From an uncultured Gemmatimonadales bacterium (GTDB taxonomy: Bacteria > Gemmatimonadota > Gemmatimonadetes > Gemmatimonadales > GWC2-71-9), in NCBI GenBank assembly GCA_963828735.1, contig CAWHFW010000005.1, positions 1,600,001 through 1,664,000 on the forward strand: 64,000 nucleotides of DNA. Reading direction: 5' to 3'. Position numbers and translations under genes: made by a program. The notes under the pieces were generated by a model that made no database searches, was not told the origin of the DNA, and worked only from the letters and a program-made list of their open reading frames with translations. Shown here in pieces: positions 9,295-20,499 of this stretch (position 1 is the first letter of the stretch; each line of letters begins with the position of its first letter).

Positions 9295-10248
9295 TTACGC
9301 GGTCTGGATGCCTCTCGCCGCATCCTCCGCCGACTGGAAGTCCGACGCCGGTGCCCGCAGCGCGTCGGGAAGCCCTCGCTCGGCGACGAGCGCCTCGGTC
9401 ATCCGATAGCCGAGGTAGTAGCCGGCCCGTTCGGGAAGCACCCGCCCGCCCACGAGACGTGCCGACGGACTCATCCCACCCGAGAGATAGCGCAGCCGGA
9501 GCCCGAGCCCGCTCTGCTCGAGGTCGGGATCCACGACGCGCCGCAGGAAGGCCTCCATCTCCCGCAGCCGGTGATACTGGCGTCGGGGATATCCGAAGTA
9601 GTCGGCCGCATCGAACCCGGGCGCGACCGCCTGCGCGGCGTGGACGGCGAGCCCTTCATTGACGAGGAGCTCCCGCAGCGTCGCGCGACTCCCGGTGGAC
9701 CAGTAGTCGTAGTACCCGCCGGCGTCGGTCACGAGCCGGCGCATGTGGCTCCCGCTGGTGGGCGACGTGTAGCGCACGGTGTGCGCCAGCTCGTGTCCGA
9801 TCCAGAGCGGGATGAGGTCCGGCGGCAAGCCCATCCCATACGTCTCGGGGTTCACGCGTCCGGTGAAGTGCTCCAGGCAGACGAACGCGACGCCCCGGCC
9901 ACCAACGACGAGCTCGCCGGCGTTCGCGCCGCCGAGGCCCACCATGAGGTAGGTGTCCGTCGGGCGGTCCACCTGCAGGATGTCCTCCGCGCGCTCGATG
10001 GCCTCCTCGGCGAGCTGCACGATGTTGACCGAGTCGGCGAGCGTGAGCAGGTCACCGCGATCAGCCCGCAGCGCGGCGGTGATGATCTCGCCGGCGTGCG
10101 GGCTGTCGGGGTCGAGTACGTAGTTGCGCCAGTAGGCGTCGAGGATCGGTCGGTGAGATTCGCGGTACTGCCGATACGCCGCCTCCCGGTCACCGGCGCC
10201 GAGCACCGCGAGAAAATCGGGAAGGAGATTGATCAGCACGGCGCACAA
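9295..10248 (-). CDS. DUF2268-like putative Zn-dependent protease
   Basis: HELAH, NEGLA and GYYLGY motifs. Confidence 0.75.
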   Translation of the reverse strand: MCAVLINLLPDFLAVLGAGDREAAYRQYRESHRPILDAYWRNYVLDPDSPHAGEIITAALRADRGDLLTLADSVNIVQLAEEAIERAEDILQVDRPTDTYLMVGLGGANAGELVVGGRGVAFVCLEHFTGRVNPETYGMGLPPDLIPLWIGHELAHTVRYTSPTSGSHMRRLVTDAGGYYDYWSTGSRATLRELLVNEGLAVHAAQAVAPGFDAADYFGYPRRQYHRLREMEAFLRRVVDPDLEQSGLGLRLRYLSGGMSPSARLVGGRVLPERAGYYLGYRMTEALVAERGLPDALRAPASDFQSAEDAARGIQTA

Positions 10249-10357
10249 TACGAAAGCGGTAGGGAAGACGCAAGAGTCGGCCGACGACGTTGAAGCACGA
10301 AGGGCGGACGGTCCGTGCGACCGCCCGCCCTTCCGTATCTTCGCCGTCGTCGACTGT

Positions 10358-11200
10358 CTAGGGATCCTGCTTCTTCTTCCGCGCGACTTCGTCCAAGAAG
10401 TGACGCTCGGCGGCCGTGAGACTGTTCATGCCCTGCTCGCTGATCTTGTCGAGCACCCGGTCCACTTCGGCGGCGACGGGATCGGCCTCCGAGCGGCGGC
10501 GCGGGCGGAGCGGGGCAGGCGGCGTGCGGTGCTCCGGCTCCGCGGCCCCCGACTGCACCATCACGACGCGCTCGACGGCACGGGGCGGCTGACGAGGGCT
10601 GCGGCGGGAAAGTGCCTGGAGGCGAAAGAAGAGATAGCCGAACCCTGCGCCGCCGATGTGGGCGAGGTGTGCGATTCCGTCGTTCGGCGCGACCTGCGAC
10701 AGCACGATGTCGAGACCCACGAGCACCAGAATGAAGGTCCGCGCCTTCACCGGCATCGGCAGCGGGAACACGAGCAGCTCGGCATCGGGCCAGAGCATCG
10801 CGAAGGCGACGCCCACACCGAGCACGGCGCCGGACGCGCCCATGACCGGGACCGCGGCCGACGACATGATGCCGGACAGGAGCAGGCTGAAGACTGCCGC
10901 ACCGATGCCGCAATACAGGTAGAAGAGGAGAAAGGCCCGTCCGCCAAGCCGGTGCTCCACTGCCGGGCCGAACACGAACAGCATCAGCATGTTGGCCAGC
11001 AGGTGCAGAAGCCCCGCGTGCACGAACATGTAGGTGACGAAGGTCCACGGGCGGTGCAGCGCCTCGCCGGGGGCGAACAGCAGCGCGGCCTGGAGCGACG
11101 GAGACGTAAACACCGTCAAGAGCAGGAGCAGCACCACCGCGTTGGCGATGATGAGGCGCCCCACCCATGGGGTCAGTCGGTTGGAGGGAGACAGATTCAT
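10358..11200 (-). CDS. Rhomboid intramembrane serine protease with a C-terminal soluble domain
   Basis: HLLANM, GASGA, AHLAHIGG; C-terminal VDRVLDKISEQGMNSLT. Confidence 0.92.
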   Translation of the reverse strand: MNLSPSNRLTPWVGRLIIANAVVLLLLLTVFTSPSLQAALLFAPGEALHRPWTFVTYMFVHAGLLHLLANMLMLFVFGPAVEHRLGGRAFLLFYLYCGIGAAVFSLLLSGIMSSAAVPVMGASGAVLGVGVAFAMLWPDAELLVFPLPMPVKARTFILVLVGLDIVLSQVAPNDGIAHLAHIGGAGFGYLFFRLQALSRRSPRQPPRAVERVVMVQSGAAEPEHRTPPAPLRPRRRSEADPVAAEVDRVLDKISEQGMNSLTAAERHFLDEVARKKKQDP

Positions 11201-11235
11201 CGAACCACGCCTTCTACGCTGAGACACCACGACGG

Positions 11236-12285
<1,050 letters not shown>

Positions 12286-12360
12286 CTACGGCTTTCGGAC
12301 CACGGCTTCGGGTTGCGCCGACCTGGGCCGGCTGATCGTCGGGTCCTCCGACGGGCCGAG

Positions 12361-13749
12361 CTACCTCGTCCCGATCAACTGCTGCAGCACGTCGTACCGG
12401 CTCACGATGCCGACGAGCTTCCCGTCCTTGCGCACGAGCGCCGCGGGGCTCTCGCGCGTGAGCATCGCGCCGACCCGGTCCACCGCCGTCCCGGAATCGA
12501 CCTCGGGAAACGGCGGCTCCATCACCTCGCTCACGGGGCGCTCGAGGAGCGCGGGCTGCGCAAGCGCGCGCGTCATGAGCGTGCCCTCGATGAGTCCGCC
12601 GACGGACTGGCCGTTGTCGAGCACCGGAATCTGACTCACGCCCCACGTCGCCATCAGGTTGAGCGCCTGCCGGACGGCCGCCGCCGGAGCCACGCTCACG
12701 ACCGCCGGGGCCCCCTGCGGCCGCCGCTCGAGCAGCTCCTGGACGGTGCTCCGCGGGGTGTCGAGCATCTGATTTTCCTGCATCCAGGCATCATTGAACT
12801 GCTTGGACAGGTAGCGCTCGCCGGTGTCGCACAGGATGGTGACGATGAGAGCGTCGGGGTCAGCCACCTCGCGTGCGAGGTCGAGCGCAAGTGCGACGTT
12901 GAGCCCAGCGGATCCCCCCAGGAGGAGACCTTCCTCCCGGGCGAGCCGGCGAGCCATGAGGAAAGAGGTCTTGTCGGACATCTGGCGGAACTCGTCGATC
13001 CAGTCGAACCACACCGTGGTCGGGATCTTGTCGCCGCCGATGCCCTCGACCTTGTACGGATGGCCCTCCCCCATCGTCCGGGTGCGGTGATAATGGGTGT
13101 AAAGCGAGCCGACCGGATCCCCCGCGATGACCCGGATCTTGGGGTTCTTCTCCTTCAGGTACTTTCCCGCGCCGCTCACCGTGCCGCCCGTCCCGGCGCC
13201 GGCCACGAAGTGTGTGACCCGGCCCTCGGTCTGCTGCCAGATCTCGGGACCAGTCGTGGCGTAGTGGGCGTCGGGGTTCACCTGATTGTAAAACTGGTTG
13301 GCCAGGATCGCGTTGGGGGTATCGTGCACGATCTGCTTGGCCTTCATCACGTAGTGCTCGGGATGGTCGGGCGGGACCGCCGTCGGGGTCACCACCACTT
13401 CGGCGCCGTAGGCCTTGAGCAGGCGCACCTTCTCCATGGACATCTTGTCGGGCATGGTGAAGATGCAGCGGTAGCCCCGGATCGCCGCCGCGATCGCGAG
13501 GCCCACACCGGTGTTGCCGCTCGTGCCCTCGACGATCGTGCCGCCCGGCCGAAGCTCGCCGCGGCGCTCCGCATCTTCGATGATGGCGAGGCCAATCCGA
13601 TCCTTGACCGAGCCGCCGGGGTTGGCGTATTCCGCCTTGCCGTAGATCGGGGTCCGGACGCTGGCGCCGATCCGACCGAGGCGGATGAGCGGCGTCCAGC
13701 CCATGGTCTCGAGCACCGAGTCATACGGGCGGAGGTGTGGAGGCGTCAT
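12361..13749 (-). CDS. Cystathionine beta-synthase / PLP cysteine synthase with a CBS pair
   Basis: NPGGSVKDR, SGNTG, GTGGT, C-terminal CBS domains. Confidence 0.9.
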   Translation of the reverse strand: MTPPHLRPYDSVLETMGWTPLIRLGRIGASVRTPIYGKAEYANPGGSVKDRIGLAIIEDAERRGELRPGGTIVEGTSGNTGVGLAIAAAIRGYRCIFTMPDKMSMEKVRLLKAYGAEVVVTPTAVPPDHPEHYVMKAKQIVHDTPNAILANQFYNQVNPDAHYATTGPEIWQQTEGRVTHFVAGAGTGGTVSGAGKYLKEKNPKIRVIAGDPVGSLYTHYHRTRTMGEGHPYKVEGIGGDKIPTTVWFDWIDEFRQMSDKTSFLMARRLAREEGLLLGGSAGLNVALALDLAREVADPDALIVTILCDTGERYLSKQFNDAWMQENQMLDTPRSTVQELLERRPQGAPAVVSVAPAAAVRQALNLMATWGVSQIPVLDNGQSVGGLIEGTLMTRALAQPALLERPVSEVMEPPFPEVDSGTAVDRVGAMLTRESPAALVRKDGKLVGIVSRYDVLQQLIGTR

Positions 13750-14168
13750 GGCGCGCTCGGCGTCCGCGAGTTCCGGAAGTGGATGGGCTGCAGGAACACC
13801 CCGCCTACGGGCCGGCCGTGCCGCAGGGCCGGGGAGAAGCGAAGCCCTGCCGCCCCGCGCACCGCCGCGGAGTCGAGGGCCGGATAGCCGCTCGACTCGG
13901 AGACCCGAGTGGAATCGGGCACGAGGGTGCCGAGGGAGTCGGTGTAGAGCCGAAGGAGGACGCGGCCCTCGATGCCCTGCTCGAGCAGCGGGACCGGATA
14001 TTCCACAGGGCTCACCGGATTGATGGCCACCGGTGGCTGGTCGGCATCGCTCGTCACGGCTACGGGGGCGCTGGTCGAGATCCGGAAGGCTCCGTCGTCC
14101 TCCCGCTTGCAGGCGACGGCCAGCACAACGCCCAATGCGAGCGCGAGGGCCCGCCGGCCGCGCGTCAC
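13746..14168 (-). CDS. TonB C-terminal-domain lipoprotein
   Basis: LAVAC lipobox; YP...GIEGRV...SSGYPALDSAA; GTGA overlap with mutS. Confidence 0.85.
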   Translation of the reverse strand: MTRGRRALALALGVVLAVACKREDDGAFRISTSAPVAVTSDADQPPVAINPVSPVEYPVPLLEQGIEGRVLLRLYTDSLGTLVPDSTRVSESSGYPALDSAAVRGAAGLRFSPALRHGRPVGGVFLQPIHFRNSRTPSAP

Positions 14169-16771
14169 CGCCGGTCCTCCGCACGCCGCTTGAAATCCGC
14201 CAGGCGGTTGAGCGCCTCCAACGGCGTGAGCGCATTGACGTCGATCCGCCGCAGCTCCTCGACCATCGGGTCCGGCGGCGGCGCTTCGACGAACAAGGCG
14301 AGCTGCCCCGGATCGCGCGGCGCCTCGGGCGCGCCGGGCACCATCCGGTGCTCGCCCTCGAGCGTGCCGAGAATCTCCCGTGCGCGCCGCACGACCCCGT
14401 CCGGCAGCCCGGCGAGCTGGGCGACGTGGATGCCGTAGGACCGATCGGTCCCGCCCGGCTCGAGGCGGTGCAGGAACATCACGGTGTCGCCGGTCTCGCG
14501 CACGGCGACATTGTAGTTCCGCGCGTGCTGCAGACGCTCGGGCAGCTGCATGAGCTCGTGATAGTGGGTGGCGAACATCGTCTTGCAGCCGACCCGGTCG
14601 TGCAGGTGCTCGGTCACCGCCCAGGCGATGGCCACGCCATCGTAGGTGGAGGTGCCGCGGCCGATCTCGTCGAGCAGGACCAGGCTCCGCGGACCAGCGT
14701 TGTGAAGGATCGCGCTGGTCTCGCTCATCTCCACCATGAAGGTGGATTGCCCGCGCGCGAGGTTGTCGCTCGCGCCGACGCGAGTGAACAAGCGATCCAC
14801 CGCGCCCACCGATGCCTCCGCCGCCGGGACGAACGAGCCCATCTGTGCGAGCACGACGCAGAGGCCGATCTGTCGCAGGATGGTCGACTTGCCGGCCATG
14901 TTGGGGCCGGTGACGAGCGCCACCCGCTCGGACTCGGTGAAGTGCGCGTCGTTCGGGATGAACGCCTCGCGCGCCATGAGCCGCTCGATGACCGGGTGGC
15001 GGCTCTCCCGCAGGACGAGGTCGTACCCATCGTGGACGGTGGGCCGGACGTAGCGTCCGGTCACGGCCCGCTCCGCGAGCGCCGTCCAGACGTCGAGTCG
15101 CGCAAGCACCCGGGCGCTTCGCTGCACCCGTGCGATGGCCCGGGCCACCGACGCGCGGAGCGCGCCGAACAGCTCCGCTTCGCGCGCCCCCATCCGCTCC
15201 TCGGCGCCGAGGACCCGCGACTCGTACTCCTTGAGCTCCGGCGTCACGTAGCGCTCGGCGGAGGCCAGGGTCTGCCGCCGCTCGTAGTCGGCGGGGACCT
15301 TGGCCGCGTGCGCGTTGGTGATCTCCAGGTAGTAGCCGAACACCTTGTTGAAGCCGACCTTGAGCGAGGGAATGCCGGTGCGCTCGCGCTCGCGCTGCTG
15401 GAGCGAGGCGATGTACTGCCGGCCGCCGTCGCGGAGCGAGCGCAGGTCGTCGAGCTCGCGGTCGAAGCCAGCGCGGATCACGCCACCATCGCCGAGGGCG
15501 GCCGGCGGACGATCCTCGAGGCCGCGCCCGAGCTCGGAGGCGAGATCGGCGAGCAGATCGAGCTCGTCCACCGCATCGGCTAAGGCGGCCGACGGACCGC
15601 TGTCTGCCAACGGCGACGCGGCGAGCGCGCTGAGCCCTTCTGCCACGTCGGGCAGGCGAAGAAAGGAGTCGCGCAGCGCGCCGAGCTCGCGGGGAGTGGC
15701 CCGCCCGGCCGCGGCGCGACCCGCCAGCCGCTCGACGTCCCGCACGCCATCGAGCGCCTCTCGCAGACGGCCGCGTCCCCGACCGTCGCGCACCGCCACC
15801 TCCACGGCGTCGAGTCGGTACGCGATAGCGGCCGGGTCGCGGAGCGGCGACAGCAGCCACTGCCTGAGGAGCCGGCCGCCCATGGGCGTCACCGTCGCGT
15901 CCATCGTCTCCAGCAGGGTGCAACCGCGCGCGCCGGCGCGCAGCGGCTCGATCAGCTCGAGATTGCGGCGGGTCATCTCGTCGAGCCAGAGAAAGGCCTC
16001 GCTCCGGCGGATGAAGGGGCGGCCCAGGTGGGGCAGGCCGGCGGGCTGGAGCTCGATCAGATAGCGGAGCAGGGCTCCCGCCGCGCCAACCGCCGGCGCG
16101 TCGTTAGGTCCCACGCCGAGTCCGTCGAGCGTCGCGAGCGCGAACCGGCGGGCGAGCTCTTCGCGTGCGAGATCCGGATCGAACTCCCAGCGCTCGCGGG
16201 TGGTCCGGAGGACGCCGTCCTCGAGGACGAGCGTGCTGTCGGAGGGAACGACGACTTCCGCCGGTCCCAGACGGCCGAGCGCCTCGGCCACCCCCGCCGC
16301 GTCGAGGGTCTCGAGCACGAATTCGCCGGTGCTGAGATCGATCGCCGCCAGCCCCGCGCGCCCCGTCTCGCCGCCGATCGCGACCAGGAAGTTGTTCCTG
16401 GCGCCGGAGAGCCAGCCCTCCTGAAGCTGCGCGCCCGGCGTGACGGTCTCGACGACCTCGCGACGCACGAGGCCGCGCGCGAGCTTCGGGTCCTCCACCT
16501 GCTCGCACACGGCAACGCGGTACCCGGCGCCGACGAGCTGACGGAGGTAGTCCGCCGCGGCCTTCACCGGCACGCCGGCCAGGGGAACACCATCGCCGCG
16601 CGAGGTGAGCGTGATCTCGAGAACGCGTGCCGCGAGCTCGGCGTCCTCGTGGAACATCTCGTAGAAGTCGCCGACCCGATAGAAGAGGATGGTTGCGGGA
16701 TGCTGCGCCTTCACCTCCCGCCAGTGCTTGAGCATGGGCGGGGTAGGCGCGTCAGCGGACTCGCGGCTCAC
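14165..16771 (-). CDS. mutS: DNA mismatch repair protein MutS
   Basis: GDFYEMF, TGPNMAGKST, STFMVEM, DEIGRGT, SYGIHVA; start approximate. Confidence 0.98.
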   Translation of the reverse strand: MSRESADAPTPPMLKHWREVKAQHPATILFYRVGDFYEMFHEDAELAARVLEITLTSRGDGVPLAGVPVKAAADYLRQLVGAGYRVAVCEQVEDPKLARGLVRREVVETVTPGAQLQEGWLSGARNNFLVAIGGETGRAGLAAIDLSTGEFVLETLDAAGVAEALGRLGPAEVVVPSDSTLVLEDGVLRTTRERWEFDPDLAREELARRFALATLDGLGVGPNDAPAVGAAGALLRYLIELQPAGLPHLGRPFIRRSEAFLWLDEMTRRNLELIEPLRAGARGCTLLETMDATVTPMGGRLLRQWLLSPLRDPAAIAYRLDAVEVAVRDGRGRGRLREALDGVRDVERLAGRAAAGRATPRELGALRDSFLRLPDVAEGLSALAASPLADSGPSAALADAVDELDLLADLASELGRGLEDRPPAALGDGGVIRAGFDRELDDLRSLRDGGRQYIASLQQRERERTGIPSLKVGFNKVFGYYLEITNAHAAKVPADYERRQTLASAERYVTPELKEYESRVLGAEERMGAREAELFGALRASVARAIARVQRSARVLARLDVWTALAERAVTGRYVRPTVHDGYDLVLRESRHPVIERLMAREAFIPNDAHFTESERVALVTGPNMAGKSTILRQIGLCVVLAQMGSFVPAAEASVGAVDRLFTRVGASDNLARGQSTFMVEMSETSAILHNAGPRSLVLLDEIGRGTSTYDGVAIAWAVTEHLHDRVGCKTMFATHYHELMQLPERLQHARNYNVAVRETGDTVMFLHRLEPGGTDRSYGIHVAQLAGLPDGVVRRAREILGTLEGEHRMVPGAPEAPRDPGQLALFVEAPPPDPMVEELRRIDVNALTPLEALNRLADFKRRAEDRR

Positions 16772-16918
16772 GGGGGCCACGGTAGGGTTCGGGAAGGCAG
16801 GTGGGGCATACGCTCGGGAATATAACGTCGGGCGCGCTCCCGATATCCGTGGCGCGCGGGGCTTCCGTCGCGGGGCGTCGCCAGGGCAAGTTCTCTGGTC
16901 CTCACCCGCGAGCGTTCC

Positions 16919-17335
16919 GTGTCCCAGCCGTTCCACTTCGCGTTCTTCGTCCGCGATCTCGCTTCCACACGCCGGTTCTACGCCGAGATCCTCGGTTGCC
17001 GCGAGGGTCGGAGCACCGACACCTGGGTGGACTTCGACTTCTTCGGCAATCAGATCTCCGTCCACACGACGGGCCCCGTGACCCCCACGCAGAAGACCGG
17101 GCAGGTCGAGGACCTCCTCGTTCCCATGCCCCATTTCGGCGCACTGCTCGGCTGGGACCAGTTCCAGGCGCTGGCCGCCCGGATCCGCGGCGCGGGAATC
17201 ACCTTCATCCTCGAGCCGCGCATCCGATATGCCGGCGAGCCGGGCGAACAGGTCACGATGTTCCTGCTCGATCCGAGCGGAAACGCGCTCGAGTTCAAGA
17301 GCTTCAGACACCCCGAGCACGTCTTTACCGCATGA
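16919..17335 (+). CDS. VOC/glyoxalase family protein
   Basis: FHFAF, WVDFDFFGNQ, PHFG, DPSGNALEFK. Confidence 0.9.
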   Translation: MSQPFHFAFFVRDLASTRRFYAEILGCREGRSTDTWVDFDFFGNQISVHTTGPVTPTQKTGQVEDLLVPMPHFGALLGWDQFQALAARIRGAGITFILEPRIRYAGEPGEQVTMFLLDPSGNALEFKSFRHPEHVFTA

Positions 17336-18495
17336 AGCCGGCGGCCGTGGCCGTGATCGGTGGCGGCGTGATGGGTGCGAGCGCGGGGTATCACCTCGCG
17401 GCTCGTGGACGCCGGGACATCGTCATCCTCGATCGCGCCGACGGGCCGGGCGCCGGGAGCACGGGCCGGGCTACCGGCGGGTATCGCGCGCAGTATGGGA
17501 CGCCCATCAACGTCCGGTTGTCGCTCCTCGCCCGTGACAAGCTGCTTCGATTCGAGGAAGAGACCGGGGTGGACCCGGGCTACCTCCAGGCGGGCTATCT
17601 CTGGCTCGCGGTGAACCAAGCGGAGCTGGCGGCGCTCGACGCCGGCCGTCGGGTCCAGCACGCGGAGGGCCTGCTCGAGGCGGCGTCGGTCACACCCGGG
17701 GAGGTCGCGCGGCTCAACCCGGCGATCCGACTCGAGGGAATCGTCGGCGGTGCGTACTGTCCGACCGACGGATTCATTCGGCCGCTCCGGATCCTCGAAG
17801 GCTACCTCGCGTCGGCCGCCCGACTCGGCGCGCGGATCGAGTGGGGCGTCGAGGTGACGGGATTGCGGCGCGCCGACGACGGTCGGATCACCGAAGTCGG
17901 CACGTCGCGCGGGCCGATCGCGGTCGAGGCGGTCGTGAATGCGGCGGGCCCGTGGGCCGCGGCGGTGGGCGAGATGGCGGCCATCGCGCTTCCGGTGACG
18001 CCGCTCCGCCGCCAGATCGCGGCCACCGCGCCCTGCGATCTCCTGCCTGCCGACATGCCGATGACCATCTGGGCCGGCGACGGATTTCATCTCCGGGTGC
18101 GGGATGGACGGGTGCTCCTGCTCTGGCCCACGCCCGGCGCGCCGGGCCGTCCGTTCGACGCGTCGGTGGATCCAGCGTGGATCGATGCCGTGACCGCCAT
18201 GGCGCACGCCCGCGTGCCCGTGCTCCGCGAGGCCGTGGTCGATCGCGCCTCGTGCTGGGCCGGTCTGTACGAGATGTCGCCGGACAAGCACGCGATTCTC
18301 GGCGCAGCGCCCGAGTGCTCGAACCTTTACTTCATCAACGGCGCTTCCGGGCACGGGGTCATGCACGCCCCGGCGCTCGGCCATCTTCTGGCTGAGATCA
18401 TATGCGACGGCCGCGCAACGACGCTGGATGTCCGCTGCCTCGACCCCGGGCGGTTCGCGCGCGGGCAGCTGAATGTGGCGGGAGAGGTGCTTTAG
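17332..18495 (+). CDS. FAD-dependent oxidoreductase (DAO/sarcosine oxidase beta-like)
   Basis: VIGGGVMG, VNAAGPWA, WAGLYEMSPD, SGHG. Confidence 0.9.
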   Translation: MKPAAVAVIGGGVMGASAGYHLAARGRRDIVILDRADGPGAGSTGRATGGYRAQYGTPINVRLSLLARDKLLRFEEETGVDPGYLQAGYLWLAVNQAELAALDAGRRVQHAEGLLEAASVTPGEVARLNPAIRLEGIVGGAYCPTDGFIRPLRILEGYLASAARLGARIEWGVEVTGLRRADDGRITEVGTSRGPIAVEAVVNAAGPWAAAVGEMAAIALPVTPLRRQIAATAPCDLLPADMPMTIWAGDGFHLRVRDGRVLLLWPTPGAPGRPFDASVDPAWIDAVTAMAHARVPVLREAVVDRASCWAGLYEMSPDKHAILGAAPECSNLYFINGASGHGVMHAPALGHLLAEIICDGRATTLDVRCLDPGRFARGQLNVAGEVL

Positions 18496-18539
18496 GGGAC
18501 GGTCGGGGTCGGGCGAGCGGGAGGGAGGCCCGCAAACGA

Positions 18540-18568
18540 AAGGGGGCATGCGTGTCGCATGCCCCCTT
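18540..18568. terminator. Hairpin between convergent genes
   Basis: AAGGGGGCATGCG-TGT-CGCATGCCCCCTT. Confidence 0.65.
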
Positions 18569-18589
18569 CGCTCAGCTAGTGATCGAGCT

Positions 18590-19603
18590 CTACTGTCCCG
18601 AATCGCGCACCATCTCGGCGGAAGGCGTAGTCGTCGAGTCCGTCTGCGTGGAATCCGCGGTCACGGTGCGTTCCCGCCACTGCGCGATCTCCGCCTGAAA
18701 TTCCCGCGACAGCGCGGCGATGTCCACCGTCGTGCTGTCCGACTCGGCGCCGTGGGCGTTGACCCGCTCGAGTCCGATCGCGGCCTTGGCGTAGGTGCTG
18801 TCGGCCGTGAGCGCCGCCTGGTACGCGTCACGGGCGGAGACGAAGTGCCCCGCGCGCTCGAGCGCCGTCGCGAAGTTGTTCTGGAACACGGGCACGTTGC
18901 CCCGCAGCTCCACCGCGCGCGCCAACGGAAGCAACGCCGCGTCGCTCCGGCCCTGCTGGATGTAGACGTAGCCGAGATTGTTCATCGCCCACACGTCGCG
19001 GTCGTCGATCGCGAGGGCGCGCTGGTAGGCGTCGATCGCCTCGTCGATCTGGCCGAGCTCGTAATGCGCCCGCCCCTCCAGCCTGAGGCCCTCGGCCGAG
19101 AGCGGTTCGATCGCGAGCGCGCGCTCCACCCGATCGAGCGCGTCCTGCGGGCGGCTCGTCTCGAGCAGCACCCGGGCGGAGTTCAGGAGGCTCTTCCGGT
19201 GCGCGGGCTCGAGCCGGAGCGCCGCGTCGAACGCCTCGAGCGCCCGGGTATGATCCCCGGTCTTCCACGCCGACAGGCCCAGCATGTAGTGGCCCCACGC
19301 GTTGTCGGGATTGCTCTCGGAGAACGCTTCGAACATGCTGGCCGCCTCTTCGTAGCGGCCACGATGGAACGCCCGCTCCGCGTCGGTGTAGGTCGGCGCC
19401 ACCGAACCGACCACGACCTTGTCGGCTGCGGTCCCCGATTCGGTAGTTGCCGAGGGCGTGGCGCCGGTCGATACGGTCGCGGTCGAGCCACTCGTCGGAG
19501 TGTCGGAGGTCGACGCAGCACTGGTGCGATCGGACTCCCAGCAGGCGGCGAGCAGCGGGATGAGAACGGATGCGATGGCGGTGTGGCGGATGGCGCGGGG
19601 CAT
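18590..19603 (-). CDS. TPR-repeat lipoprotein
   Basis: LLAAC lipobox, S/T-rich linker, multiple TPRs (AMNNLG). Confidence 0.88.
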   Translation of the reverse strand: MPRAIRHTAIASVLIPLLAACWESDRTSAASTSDTPTSGSTATVSTGATPSATTESGTAADKVVVGSVAPTYTDAERAFHRGRYEEAASMFEAFSESNPDNAWGHYMLGLSAWKTGDHTRALEAFDAALRLEPAHRKSLLNSARVLLETSRPQDALDRVERALAIEPLSAEGLRLEGRAHYELGQIDEAIDAYQRALAIDDRDVWAMNNLGYVYIQQGRSDAALLPLARAVELRGNVPVFQNNFATALERAGHFVSARDAYQAALTADSTYAKAAIGLERVNAHGAESDSTTVDIAALSREFQAEIAQWRERTVTADSTQTDSTTTPSAEMVRDSGQ

Positions 19604-19657
19604 GGCTTCCTCCTGGGTTTGGCGCCGGAGCGCGGTGACCTTCGAGGAGGAGGAAAG

Positions 19658-19672
19658 GCAAGGCTATGGCCA
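19658..19672 (-). promoter_or_regulatory. Sigma54 -24/-12 promoter of the TPR gene
   Basis: TGGCCA-TAGCC-TTGC with exact GG-N10-GC spacing. Confidence 0.65.
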
Positions 19673-19974
19673 ACGGAATGCGACCAGTGCATCCAGGTCA
19701 AAGTATTGATGGATAATGGCTTGCAAGACTGTACCTGGCCCTGATCGCAACCCGCGTGTCCCGTCGGCCACACGCGATGAGTGTGCTATGTGTCCACTAG
19801 GACACGATCATGCTGCGCCTCATCAGGAAAGGACGATCGATGCTAGACGACCGATACTACCTGAACGGCTACTATCTCTCGGGTCGCTCGTCCCCCAACG
19901 TCGATCGTGGTGTGTTGCACCCTTTGCTGTCCCGGCCACGCGGTGCGAAGTCAAACAATCCGGAGGTGCGATCC

Positions 19975-20388
19975 ATGCGATACATGCCGGCGCGACTGAG
20001 CGTGTTCCTCATCTTGACAGCCTGCGCGGGGTCCAGCTCGTCGTCCGAGGGCGCCGCGCCCGCTCCGGCTGCCGACACCAGCGGTGCTGGAGCCTCGAGC
20101 GGGATGCAAGTGGTGATCGACAATCAGAACATCAACGACGTGAACGTCTATCTGATCGGGAGCAGCGGCGGGCGCGTGCTGGTCGGCAAGGCGCTCTCGG
20201 GCAAGAAGACGACCCTGACGATCCCGGAGTCGGTCACTCCGGCGAGCGCGCGGGTGACCCTGGTCGCAGATCCCGGGGCCGGGAGTCAACCGATCAGCAC
20301 CCCGCCCACCGTCGTGCCCGGTGGCCAGCGTCTGTACTGGAAGATCGGATCCGACCAGTCGATGTCGACGTCGTCGACCGGGGAGTAG
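19975..20388 (+). CDS. Small hypothetical lipoprotein
   Basis: GGAGGT RBS, LTAC lipobox, beta-rich body. Confidence 0.75.
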   Translation: MRYMPARLSVFLILTACAGSSSSSEGAAPAPAADTSGAGASSGMQVVIDNQNINDVNVYLIGSSGGRVLVGKALSGKKTTLTIPESVTPASARVTLVADPGAGSQPISTPPTVVPGGQRLYWKIGSDQSMSTSSTGE

Positions 20389-20499
20389 GGTCGCGCTCGT
20401 GCGCGGTGGTCCTGCCGCCGCCGCGCACCTGAAAGGTCGAAAACGATGTGGGCGGACGCGTCATGCCGTCCGCCGACGCCTGCCCGGAGCGCAGTCTGC

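Noticed and set aside
16772..17320. N-terminally extended 1051-aa MutS
   Set aside because: The extension overlaps the VOC gene on the opposite strand, and MutS similarity starts near 16770.
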